Assembly: GCA_963740085.1 (NCBI GenBank)
Contig: CAVUCU010000004.1
Coordinates: 1-64,000, forward strand
Length of the DNA: 64,000 bases
Source: Nitrospirota bacterium
GTDB lineage: Bacteria; Nitrospirota; UBA9217
Direction: 5' to 3'
The translations under genes and the position numbers were made by a program. Below the pieces are notes generated by a model. It worked only from the letters and a program-made list of their open reading frames with translations, ran no database searches and was not told where the DNA came from. Shown one piece after another: positions 1 to 9,037 of this stretch. The number at the start of each line of letters is the position of its first letter. Positions within the stretch are counted from its first letter, which is position 1.

Positions 1-105
1 AACTGATCGGGCTGTAGCCCTCAGTTGCTGCTTTTCCCCACTGGCGTGGGGAAAACCCTGCGATTGGCCAGCGGTGCCTCGGGTGGCCGTCGAGCAAGGC
101 GGACA

Positions 106-162
106 CGGGTCGACGACGTTCTGGCGCTGATTGCCCAGCTTCGAGACGGCAGCTACGCGTAG
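106..162 (+). pseudogene. C-terminal remnant of an Xre/MbcA/ParS-like antitoxin
   Basis: Reads RVDDVLALIAQLRDGSYA*, resembling the C-terminus of this antitoxin family, and lies directly before a RES-like fragment; no 5' part recognisable. Confidence 0.4.
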
Positions 163-173
163 GGCGCAGCCTC

Positions 174-297
174 GTGATCCACGATCCGGCACTGCTCGAC
201 GCCCTGGAGCGCTTCGACGCCGAGCCCTGGCAGGGTCGCGTCTACCGCCACATGCTCGGCTCAGCATCGCCCGAGTTGGTCAACGAGCGCGGGGACG
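174..297 (+). pseudogene. N-terminal fragment of a RES-domain toxin
   Basis: IHDPALLDALERFDAEPWQGRVYRHMLGSASPELVNERG resembles RES-family N-termini; similarity stops where the convergent abiEi gene ends. Confidence 0.5.
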
Positions 298-918
298 TCA
301 GGCGGTGCCAGCCTGTGCTTCGGAGATCAGCGCGCGCAGCCGCCGCGAGACGAGAGTTCGCAATCGCTGCGAGGCGATCCGATCACCCCACTCCCATAGG
401 AGCTTGCGGTTGAAAGGCGACGGCAATGTCAGCTCAGGGAGATATGGGGTGCGTCCGTGCGCGCTTCTGACATAGGCAAGGTCGAACAGGGCCTTCTCGG
501 GCACCGCCAAATACACCCCCTGCTTGTCGCTGCGGTAGCCGGTGAATAGCTCAGGTGCAATCCGGTGGACCTCATAGACGCCGAGAGCGGTCGTGATGCG
601 CCGGGCACGGTCGATCGAGACGAGCGAGATGCTGCGAGGGATCTGGTCGATCATGCCGTGCCGGGCCAGCGCCGAGAAAAGCGAGACATAGGCTGGCCGT
701 GGTGCGGTCAGGTAGGGCCCGATCGCGAACGGGTCGATCTCCGGATCGAGGGCCCAGAGACCGCGGCGCACTCGGCGGATCACGCCTGAGTCGAGCAATG
801 CCCGCAGGCGCTGGGCGGTGGTGGCCGGGCTGGCCTGCCAGACGGCGGCCGCCTCGGCGCTACTGAGAACCGGCCGACCGGCCGCGAGCAGATCGCGATA
901 GGCGTCGGTGACTCTCAT
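298..918 (-). CDS. abiEi: Type IV TA antitoxin, AbiEi family
   Basis: N-terminal wHTH (IRRVRRGLW), AYVSLFSALARHGMIDQIP and AVPEKALFDLAY motifs; 4-nt overlap with the toxin gene. Confidence 0.85.
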   Translation of the reverse strand: MRVTDAYRDLLAAGRPVLSSAEAAAVWQASPATTAQRLRALLDSGVIRRVRRGLWALDPEIDPFAIGPYLTAPRPAYVSLFSALARHGMIDQIPRSISLVSIDRARRITTALGVYEVHRIAPELFTGYRSDKQGVYLAVPEKALFDLAYVRSAHGRTPYLPELTLPSPFNRKLLWEWGDRIASQRLRTLVSRRLRALISEAQAGTA

Positions 919-1667
919 CGCGCGGCCTCGAGCTGCTCGGCGACGAAGGTCTGCATCTGCACCCAGCGCTCCTCGGAGCCGTAGTAATCGCGGAGCTCAG
1001 GCTCGAGGAAGCCGAGTACGTGATCATCGAAGGCGTCGAAGGGGATCTCGAGCGCGATCTCCGCCGCTTTGGCGAGGAGGTCAGCTTCGACCTCGCCCTG
1101 AGGCAGCTCCCGGCGACGCAACAGCAGATCAAGGTCGAAGACGTCACGCGACTGGACCTGCGTGCGCCCGGCCAGGGCGGCGATCTTCTGCTCGGTCGCG
1201 GGGGCGATCGTGTAGTGCTGGACGATCGGCGGCCGCAGCGCGTAGGGGGCGACGATCTGATCCGGAATGGCCTCGGCCTGAAAACGATCGTCAGCGCCGC
1301 GACTGCTGAACTCGACTTTGGTTCGCACCAGCTCACCTTGGCCGGGCGCAGCGATCCCGATCTTCCAACGTCGGGTGGTATCGCTCTGCTTGTGCTCACT
1401 CGACTCCTCGACGGAGAGCCCTTTCACCCGCAACAGGTTGCTCAGCACCGGTGACTCGATCACCTCGCCAACCTTCTCACGCACCCCCCAGGGCGGATCG
1501 CCGAGGAAATCGAGGTCGATGTCCTGCGAGTAGCGCTGACTATCGAAGAAATAGCGCAGGTTCGCGCCGCCCTTGAGGATCCAGCGACCGCGCTCAAGGC
1601 GCTGCTGGAGAGCATCGAGGAAGGCAACGTGGAAGAGCTCGATAACCTGAACTTCTCTCAACTCCAT
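915..1667 (-). CDS. abiEii: Type IV TA nucleotidyltransferase toxin, AbiEii/AbiGii family
   Basis: LKGGANLRYFF..RYSQDIDLD, EQKIAAL..R...RDVFDL motifs. Confidence 0.88.
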   Translation of the reverse strand: MELREVQVIELFHVAFLDALQQRLERGRWILKGGANLRYFFDSQRYSQDIDLDFLGDPPWGVREKVGEVIESPVLSNLLRVKGLSVEESSEHKQSDTTRRWKIGIAAPGQGELVRTKVEFSSRGADDRFQAEAIPDQIVAPYALRPPIVQHYTIAPATEQKIAALAGRTQVQSRDVFDLDLLLRRRELPQGEVEADLLAKAAEIALEIPFDAFDDHVLGFLEPELRDYYGSEERWVQMQTFVAEQLEAAR

Positions 1668-1805
1668 GCGTCAAGAGTACAGGTTATAAAGGTATAATGC
1701 AGTAACTTGCATTCCCAAGGCATCGGATAATCCCGCGTGTCCTCCCGTGCCATGCTCGTCGACCAGGAAGAAGAGTCTCAGCAAATTGATCGGGTTGTGG
1801 GACAG

Positions 1806-2228
1806 ATGAAGCAGCGGGTCAATGTGATCACCCTTGGCGTCGCGGACCTCTCGCGGGCGCGGCGGTTCTATGAGGCGCTGGGCTGGGTGACCGATGCGGG
1901 GCGGATGACGATGTCGTCTTCTTCCAGGCGGGGGAGATGGTGGTTTCGCTTTGGGATCGCGGCAGGCTGGCCGAGGACAGACTGCGTCGAGGACCGGCCC
2001 GGTTGGGGCGGGGTGACGCTGGCGCTCAACGTCGGCTCGCCGGCGGAGGTGGACGAGGTGACCGAGGAGGCGCGAGGCGCCGGCGCGAGAATCGGTCAGC
2101 GAGCCGGCCGAGACGTTCTGGGGCGGCTACAGCTCGGTCATCATCGACCCCGACGGGCACCCCTGGGAGATCGCCCACAATCCGCACTGGACCGTCACCG
2201 AGGACGGCGGCGTACGGCTCGGCGACTA
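1806..2228 (+). CDS. VOC/glyoxalase family protein (frameshifted, end approximate)
   Basis: MKQRVNVITLGVADLSRARRFYEALGW ... GVTLALNVGSPAEVD ... TFWGGYSSVIIDPDGHPWEIAHNPHW assembled across three frames. Confidence 0.75.
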
Positions 2229-2583
2229 TGGCGCCGCCCTCGAACACGTCCATCCGCACGACCAGCCCGTCCTCCAGGCGCCAGCGATGGAGGACGTGGG
2301 TGTCCGACTGGACCTCGCCGGTCTCGGCGTCGCGGACGAGTTGGTGGACGGTGACGTCGATCGTGTCGTCGGGGCCCGGGTCGAAGCGCTCCGACGTCAC
2401 GGTGCTGGAGATCTGCTCGAACTGGCGGCGCCAGTAGGCAGCGACTGCCTCGCGGCCGGTCACCCTGCCTCCCTCCCATGCGTTGGGCCAGTCGACTTCG
2501 GGGCGCATCAGGACGAGAGCCGCGTCGATGTCACGAGCGTTGAACGCCTCGTAGGCAGCGCGCAGGATGTCCTCCTCGCTCAC
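2226..2583 (-). CDS. SnoaL/NTF2-like protein (3' end uncertain; open frame runs to 2026)
   Basis: [56 protein letters not shown]. Confidence 0.75.
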
Positions 2584-2729
2584 CGCGACCTCCACCTGCG
2601 CTCGATCCAGGCGACGATCAGGGGCCAGAAGCGGATCAGGAGGATCACGGCGACTACGGCGACGATCGCGATCCAGCCGCCGCGCGAGGCTTCGCGGAAG
2701 AGCAGATGGCGGCCGAGCGCGAGGGGCAC
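2580..2729 (-). CDS. Small membrane protein
   Basis: One hydrophobic segment [25 protein letters not shown]; stop overlaps the SnoaL start; start codon uncertain. Confidence 0.4.
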   Translation of the reverse strand: MPLALGRHLLFREASRGGWIAIVAVVAVILLIRFWPLIVAWIERRWRSR

Positions 2730-2773
2730 TCGACCGATGGTAGGAGGACGGCGCAGCGGGTACGGTGTCGGCC

Positions 2774-3152
2774 ATGGAAGAGATCGTCGATGGGTCTTCC
2801 ACTGGAAGGCGAAGCACCCGAGCATCGGGGTCGAGGTCGGCTGCCACTTCGTCGCCGGCTCGGGCACGGCGATCGATCCGCTGCTGCCCGCCGAGGGGAT
2901 CGAGTGGTTCGACGGGCGCGACGTGCAGCGGGTCGTGCTCTCCAACCGCCACCACCTGCGCGACGCCGTCGAGATCGCCGAGTGCTGCGGCTGCCCGATC
3001 CTCTGCCACGACGCCGGGCTGCACCAGTTCGAGGACGGCGGCCCGGAGGTGACCGGCTTCGCCTTCGGCGAGCGGATCGCGCCCGACATCGTCGCCCTGG
3101 AGATGGACTCGATCTGCCCCGAGGACACGGTGCTGCGGATCGAGTCGGCCGG
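2774..3152 (+). CDS. MBL-fold hydrolase-like protein, frameshifted near 2792 and cut off at the composition break
   Basis: [45 protein letters not shown]; codon style changes abruptly after 3152. Confidence 0.65.
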
Positions 3153-3324
3153 CAATGTTGAGCCTCTAAAAAAGCAGATATCTAAAACCCGCTGCCAGGC
3201 ACTCAATATCAGGCACTCAATATTCTTGCAATTAGTCATGTTTTATAATATTCTAACCTCAAGTCGGATGTGCATTGTTTTTAAAAGAGAACCACCAGCG
3301 GACAATTAATCAGGAGGCCGTTTC

Positions 3325-3801
3325 ATGAATAAGTCATCTCGCATGTTTCTTTTCGTCTTCGGATTGGTGCTGGGTATCGCGGGCACGATCTACCTGCCCA
3401 ACTACGTGCGGTCCTACCTCCCCGAGTGGGCGATAGGAAAAGCAACCGTGGTCAAAGGTACCGTTACGGCAAAGCAGAAAAAGGAGAAAGTTCTTCTTTT
3501 GACCGTGAATACACCGGAAGGCGCGCTGCTGGCCACATTCAATAAGAAGGTAGATGAGATCAGCCTTCTGGTGAACGAAAAAGACATCATCGAATTTACT
3601 CTCCCGAAGTACACGCCCTTTGTCGAAGACCCGAAGATCATACGGATCACAAAGGAACAACAGGCGGCTCCTGAGCCGGCCCCCGTTGCCATGCCTGCGG
3701 AGAAAAGCACGAAAGAAGGAAAACCCCAGCGGCAGGGAAAGCCGCAGGCCGTTGCTCCGGCCCGGGGGAGCACAGAGGTCAAACCGCCGGACCTCAAGTG
3801 A
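3325..3801 (+). CDS. Hypothetical membrane-anchored protein
   Basis: AGGAGG RBS, N-terminal TM helix, Pro/Ala/Lys-rich tail. Confidence 0.75.
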   Translation: MNKSSRMFLFVFGLVLGIAGTIYLPNYVRSYLPEWAIGKATVVKGTVTAKQKKEKVLLLTVNTPEGALLATFNKKVDEISLLVNEKDIIEFTLPKYTPFVEDPKIIRITKEQQAAPEPAPVAMPAEKSTKEGKPQRQGKPQAVAPARGSTEVKPPDLK

Positions 3802-3904
3802 AGAGGTGTTTGAAGTAAGACCTCGAGCACGCGTAGGAATAGCGAGAGTTCATATTGTAATGTGATAGGTCAAACAAAACACCTGACAAGGAACAGGAGA
3901 CGGT

Positions 3905-4525
3905 ATGAAAAGACCACTGGCCCTTGTTCTGTTCGTTGTCGTTGTGGCTGCGGGGGTGGTATCTCCGGGGGCCGTATTTGCCGAACCCGAGAACTCGGTC
4001 AATCTTGGCGTTGGCGCGGCGTCACATATCCTGCCACACTGTAAGGCAACCGTCCTCTTTGTTGAGTACGAGCATATGCTTGGCCCGAAGCTCGCGGTCC
4101 TGGGACGGGGCAGCGGCGTGAACTACAAGTTCGACGACGGTAACTATGTGGAAAGAGGGAGGCTGCGGGGCGGCGACATCGGTCTGCGATACTATCCCTC
4201 CGGCGGCATGAAGGGGTTATTTCTAGGCGGGGCATTGGGATACTGGAAGTCGAACTGGATGTTCACCGATGAAAAGGACAAGTCAACCGAGTCGCAGGGC
4301 AAAGGAGACTTCAAGGCCATCAGGGCGGATGTGAATATAGGCTGGCGATTCCCGATCGGCTCCTCGTCTGTCTCGATCCTGCCCGAGGCGCATATCGGTA
4401 AATTTTTCAGGTCCACCACATGCGAGTATACCGCTCCTGCATCCCGGGTCGGAACAGAATGCAGCAAGGACTCAGAGATCGGGCACTACGCTTTCCTGGC
4501 ATTGTCGGTCGGCATCGGGTTCTGA
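3905..4525 (+). CDS. Putative small outer-membrane beta-barrel protein
   Basis: AGGAGA RBS, signal peptide, amphipathic strands, C-terminal LSVGIGF. Confidence 0.7.
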   Translation: MKRPLALVLFVVVVAAGVVSPGAVFAEPENSVNLGVGAASHILPHCKATVLFVEYEHMLGPKLAVLGRGSGVNYKFDDGNYVERGRLRGGDIGLRYYPSGGMKGLFLGGALGYWKSNWMFTDEKDKSTESQGKGDFKAIRADVNIGWRFPIGSSSVSILPEAHIGKFFRSTTCEYTAPASRVGTECSKDSEIGHYAFLALSVGIGF

Positions 4526-4532
4526 TATAAAC

Positions 4533-4742
4533 CTATAGGGTCACTGTCGCGGCATTAATCGACGAGTGACACGCAGGGCACCCCATCTGAAGGGCGAGAT
4601 GCACAAATTTCCCCCTGGTCAATTTCTTGTGGCACGAAAGGCATCTTGTTTTCCCGGCTGCGGAAAGCGGACTGAAAAAGACAGGAACAAACAGCACGGT
4701 TAGGACAAAAAGAAAAAGTGCAAACGCTGCTTTTCTTCTCAT
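4533..4742 (-). pseudogene. Truncated multiheme c-type cytochrome (N-terminus only)
   Basis: Signal peptide, then CLSCH..KFVH..GCPACH, then a premature stop. Confidence 0.6.
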
Positions 4743-4900
4743 AGGATTCAAAAGCTTTCCCTCTCAGCGGGTGTGCTGGAAATGGCATAACAATACCTTC
4801 GGCACACGACTGATATATCAAAGGATCAGGGACAGTACGACAGTCTCTCGCTCACACGGAGGCGGTCGGAGTTTCAATAAAGGCGCAGAGAGGGAAGTCC

Positions 4901-5110
4901 TTACTCACTCTTGTTTCGAGGCAATCTGCAGGTTCCATCGACCACCGCATGCGCCTCTTCCTTGCTCACGTCGTCCGTCTGATAGTAGATGTACTCATCG
5001 ACCATATCGCAAAGCTCTCTGCGGGGAATGTCCGATTTCAATTCAAGCACTTCCTCCTCGAATAATTTCGCAGAGTCGGCAATTGTCTCTTTATTTTCTA
5101 TCCTGTTCAT
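4901..5110 (-). CDS. Small acidic hypothetical protein
   Basis: AGGAGG RBS before MNRIENKETIADSAK; 69 aa. Confidence 0.6.
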   Translation of the reverse strand: MNRIENKETIADSAKLFEEEVLELKSDIPRRELCDMVDEYIYYQTDDVSKEEAHAVVDGTCRLPRNKSE

Positions 5111-5414
5111 AAATCCTCCTTTTCCGCAACTCATTTCCTTACCCAGAAGAAAGAGGTCTCTTTCTATCCTTATTATACCACTATTTAGTTCCCGTCCGGC
5201 AAGTTGCGTTTTTCTTGAACTCGCGGAGAAAAACATTGATGCCATTCTTTACGCGGAGCAGGAGACGATGAATATGCTTGAAATTGAAACGATTATTTGC
5301 TACTTTGTACCATATAAATATTGGGGCATTATTTGTCGAGAACTGCCATAAAGGACGCTTATCAGAGCGACCTGATAAAGCTGATTGCGCAGCTTGACAG
5401 AGCGGGGGGGATGA

Positions 5415-6332
5415 GTGATGGAACGAGCGGGCAGCACAGGCAGCGAGACACTCTTGGATTGTATTGTCATCGGGGCGGGACCGGGAGGACTGCAGGCCTG
5501 CATTCACCTCGGCCGCTACAACTTCCGCTCCATGCTTTTCCACAGCCCCGGGGGGCGGACCTACCATGCGAAACACATCGAGAACTATCTTGGTCTGCGT
5601 GTTGTCTCGGGCCCGGACCTCCTGGAAACCGGTATTGCCCAGGCGAAGAGCTTCGGCGTCACGGTGACAAACGCCAGGGTGGAGCGTGTCACGGTACGGG
5701 AGGGGCACTTCGAGGTGCAGGCCGAGGGGAAGACCTATCGCTCCCGTTTCGTCATCGCCGCCTCAGGGGCCCGGGAGACCCTCGCCCCGTTCAAGAACCT
5801 CCTGCGCTTCTTCGGCACCTCCTACTTCACCTGCATGATCTGCGACGGATATCATACCACCGGCAAAAAGCTTCTGGTCATTGACCGCACTATCAACGGG
5901 GTGCGCAGCAGCGTCGGCATGAAGCGAATGTTCACCAGCGACGTGACCTTCCTCGCGCACGGGTTTTCCCCGGCGCCGGTGTACCGGTCTCTGCTCGAGG
6001 AGGAGGGGATCGGTCTGGTCGAGGGACGGCCGGAAGAGCTGCTGGGAGAGAAGGCCCTTGAGGGAGTGCGGCTCAACGACGGCCGCGTCATACCCTGCGA
6101 GGTCATCCTGGGATGGGGCGGGATCTCCCTCAACGACGAATATCTCGAGGGCCTCCCCCTGGAACGAGACGCCGAGGAATTCAAGATCGTGACGAGGGGC
6201 GCTAGCGAGTCGAGCATCCCCGGCCTCTTCGTCCTGGGAGCTCTCCGCCAGGGCCACTCCCAGGCGATCATCTCCGCGGGCCAGGGCGCCGAGGCGGCGA
6301 TCGAGATCAGTACGAGGATCGTCGAGCTCTAA
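5415..6332 (+). CDS. FAD-dependent disulfide oxidoreductase, thioredoxin-reductase-like
   Basis: IVIGAGPGG, IENYLG, VIAASG, redox CMIC, SSIPGLFVLG. Confidence 0.85.
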   Translation: MMERAGSTGSETLLDCIVIGAGPGGLQACIHLGRYNFRSMLFHSPGGRTYHAKHIENYLGLRVVSGPDLLETGIAQAKSFGVTVTNARVERVTVREGHFEVQAEGKTYRSRFVIAASGARETLAPFKNLLRFFGTSYFTCMICDGYHTTGKKLLVIDRTINGVRSSVGMKRMFTSDVTFLAHGFSPAPVYRSLLEEEGIGLVEGRPEELLGEKALEGVRLNDGRVIPCEVILGWGGISLNDEYLEGLPLERDAEEFKIVTRGASESSIPGLFVLGALRQGHSQAIISAGQGAEAAIEISTRIVEL

Positions 6333-7024
6333 GGGGACATCTTGGAGGTGCCCCTATTTATTCTTCATCAACAATCTGTTTTCTGAATGTTATCTAAGTT
6401 GGCGATTGTCCCAGGTGTGAATGAATTTTTTTGGGCAGCTCATCACTCGGCCACGCAGCATGCCGGGAAGAGGTACAGTACCTCCACCCTGATATGCAGG
6501 ACTCGCATCACTCCACCCTCGCCCTTTAAAAAAGGGCTCGGCCGCCTGCACCCAGCGTTTACGAGTGCTACGTCGCGAGTGCAGGGCGTGTATGCCTTGT
6601 CTTGTTCTGGTAACTATGAACAGTGCAGCATTGCTATGCGTGTCTGCGTCAGAGCTACCCGGCGCAGGGGAACGGCAGAACTCTTTGCCTTTCCAGAAGC
6701 CCCTGCATCCCATAAACAGGTTCGCGCACAGGCATGCCAAGGGAGAAAAGACCGAAGTTGCCATAAAGCCAGGCAGACACGCCGAGCTCTTGCGATAACG
6801 CGGGCGAGGCGGCCAATCTAAGGGAAGTGCTGCGATGCTCGAAAGGCTTGTGATCAGTACCGGCAATCATGCCCTGCGCGGAGCTGTGAACTGGGGTGCA
6901 GAAAAAAACAGGATCGTGACCTGTGCTGAATGAGAAACAGATAAAAGCGACCCACACAAAACCCGGAAGACCCTAAAAAAACAATGCCAGCCTCTTTCAA
7001 CGTTTGGTTCATGCTGAAAACACC

Positions 7025-8005
7025 ATGAAAACACCGGCCCGAAAAATTCAAGTTCGTGATCTCACGATCGAACCGCCCTTGCTCCTGGCGCCGATGGCAG
7101 GCCTTACGCATAATGCCCTCCGGCAGGTCTGCTCCGGCTTTGGCGGGGTCGGCCTGTTGTCAACGGAAATGCTCGCGGCAAGAAGACTGCCCACCGAAAG
7201 CCCCCGGTTCTCTCCGTACATTATCAGGACTACGAAGGGAATACCGCTTTCCTATCAGCTCCTTATCTCCGCAAACGAGGAGGTGGCTCCGGCCATCGAT
7301 GTTCTTCATAAGCTGAAGGCGGACGCTATCGATCTGAACATGGGGTGTCCGGCCGTCACGGTCGGCAGGTTCGGCGCGGGCGGCATGCTTATGGAACGGC
7401 CCGGGGATGTCCGTGTTATGGTGGCCCGGGCGCGGAAACAGACGGCGCTCCCCCTGACGGCAAAGATCCGGCTCGGCATCGATTTGGATGAGCAGAGATT
7501 AATGGACTTCTGCACCATGCTCGAAGACGAAGGTATTGATATGCTTTCCATTCATGCCCGGCTCAAAAAAGAGTCCTTTGCCAGAAACCCAAGATGGGAG
7601 TGGGTCGCCAAGGTAAAAGGACGGCTCAAGATCCCTGTTGTTGCCAATGGCGGTATCTTTTCTGTCCAGGACGCGGAAAATTGTCTTCGCATTTCCGGCG
7701 CCGACGGTCTGATGATCGGCCGGGGCGCGGCGATACGACCCTGGCTTTTTGCCGAGATCGCCCGGGAGGTGTACGGCTGCGCCATTGATCCTCCATTCGT
7801 ATCTTTGCCGATGGTCTATGGCAGCTTTATCGAGCACCTCGAGCTTTACCGCGCTGAATACCGGCTGGGCAGGCTCAAGGAGTTCACCCATTATTTCGCG
7901 CAAAACTATAAGTTCGGCCACCTCCTGTCATCCCGGGTCCAGTCCAGCGCGAGCGTGGATCAAGCCCGGGAAAGGGCGAATCTTTTTTTTGAGAACGGTA
8001 CGTAG
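7025..8005 (+). CDS. tRNA-dihydrouridine synthase family protein
   Basis: LLAPMAGLT, IDLNMGCP, TAKIRLG, IHAR, VVANGGIFS, GLMIGRGA. Confidence 0.9.
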   Translation: MKTPARKIQVRDLTIEPPLLLAPMAGLTHNALRQVCSGFGGVGLLSTEMLAARRLPTESPRFSPYIIRTTKGIPLSYQLLISANEEVAPAIDVLHKLKADAIDLNMGCPAVTVGRFGAGGMLMERPGDVRVMVARARKQTALPLTAKIRLGIDLDEQRLMDFCTMLEDEGIDMLSIHARLKKESFARNPRWEWVAKVKGRLKIPVVANGGIFSVQDAENCLRISGADGLMIGRGAAIRPWLFAEIAREVYGCAIDPPFVSLPMVYGSFIEHLELYRAEYRLGRLKEFTHYFAQNYKFGHLLSSRVQSSASVDQARERANLFFENGT

Positions 8006-8088
8006 AGTTCCTCCGCGCAGTGAGGCCTTGTCCTCTCATAACCTTTGCCGCTGCTCACGATCGGGCGGGCCTGTGCTATACTTTCTGC

Positions 8089-8922
8089 ATGACCATCCCT
8101 ACCCGCATTCTCGGAAGGACCGGCCAAAGGGTCTCCCTGCTCGGCCTCGGCGGCGAAGGGGTCCTCAGGACCTTTGGGCAGGATAAGGACGCCAGTGCAC
8201 TGGTCAACCGGGCACTGGACCTGGGCATCACCTACTGCGAATCCGCGCGGGCCTACTCGGGAAGCGAGGCCTATTACGGGAAGGCGCTCGGGGAGCGGCG
8301 GAAGCAGATCTTCCTCGCGAGCAAATCACACAACCGCGACAAAAAGGGGGCACTGGCCCATCTGCATGAGACGCTGAAGAACATGCGGACCGACCATCTG
8401 GACCTCTGGCAGGTGCATGATGTGCGGGAGGAAGTGGATGTCGCCGAGATCTTCGGACCGGGCGGCGCCATCGAGGCCTTTGTCGAGGCACAGCAGCAGG
8501 GAAAGACGCGGTTCATCGGCGTCACCGGCCATCACGATCCTGCCATTACAAGGAAGTGCATCGAGCAATTCGATTTCGATACCGTGCTGATGCCGGTCAA
8601 CCCCGCTGAGCCGGTCTACAAGAGCTTTGTCGAGAACGTCCTGCCCCTGGCACGCGAGAGGAACATGGGGATCATCGGCATGAAGGTCTATTTGCGCGGA
8701 TTTGTCTCCCGTTTGCCGTGGTACACCACCATGAAGCCGTTCCTGCGCTTCGCCCTCTCCCAGCAAATAACCAACGTCGTCATCGGCTGCGACGACATCG
8801 CACAGCTTGAGCAGAACGCGGAATTCGCCGGTTCATTCAAGCCCATGACGCAGGCAGAACAGCAGAAACTCATCCGCGACGTGTCTCCCTTTGCGCGGCA
8901 ACTCATGTATTACAAACCATGA
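8089..8922 (+). CDS. Aldo/keto reductase
   Basis: RILGRTGQRVSLLGLGG, ALDLGITY, TDHLDLWQVH, GKTRFIGVTGH. Confidence 0.9.
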   Translation: MTIPTRILGRTGQRVSLLGLGGEGVLRTFGQDKDASALVNRALDLGITYCESARAYSGSEAYYGKALGERRKQIFLASKSHNRDKKGALAHLHETLKNMRTDHLDLWQVHDVREEVDVAEIFGPGGAIEAFVEAQQQGKTRFIGVTGHHDPAITRKCIEQFDFDTVLMPVNPAEPVYKSFVENVLPLARERNMGIIGMKVYLRGFVSRLPWYTTMKPFLRFALSQQITNVVIGCDDIAQLEQNAEFAGSFKPMTQAEQQKLIRDVSPFARQLMYYKP

Positions 8923-9037
8923 CCCCTTCGGATGCGGGGATCAGCTGCGAAGGTACAGATCAAATAAGGGGAAAAAGTGTGCAACCTTTTATTCCAGATC
9001 GTGTCTAACCTATAGTGCTGAAGAAGGAGGTGCGCTT

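Noticed and set aside
6340-7000. Possible ncRNA or pseudogene between the oxidoreductase and dus
   Set aside because: Some hairpins (e.g. ~6544-6588) but no recognisable family, RBS or credible ORF
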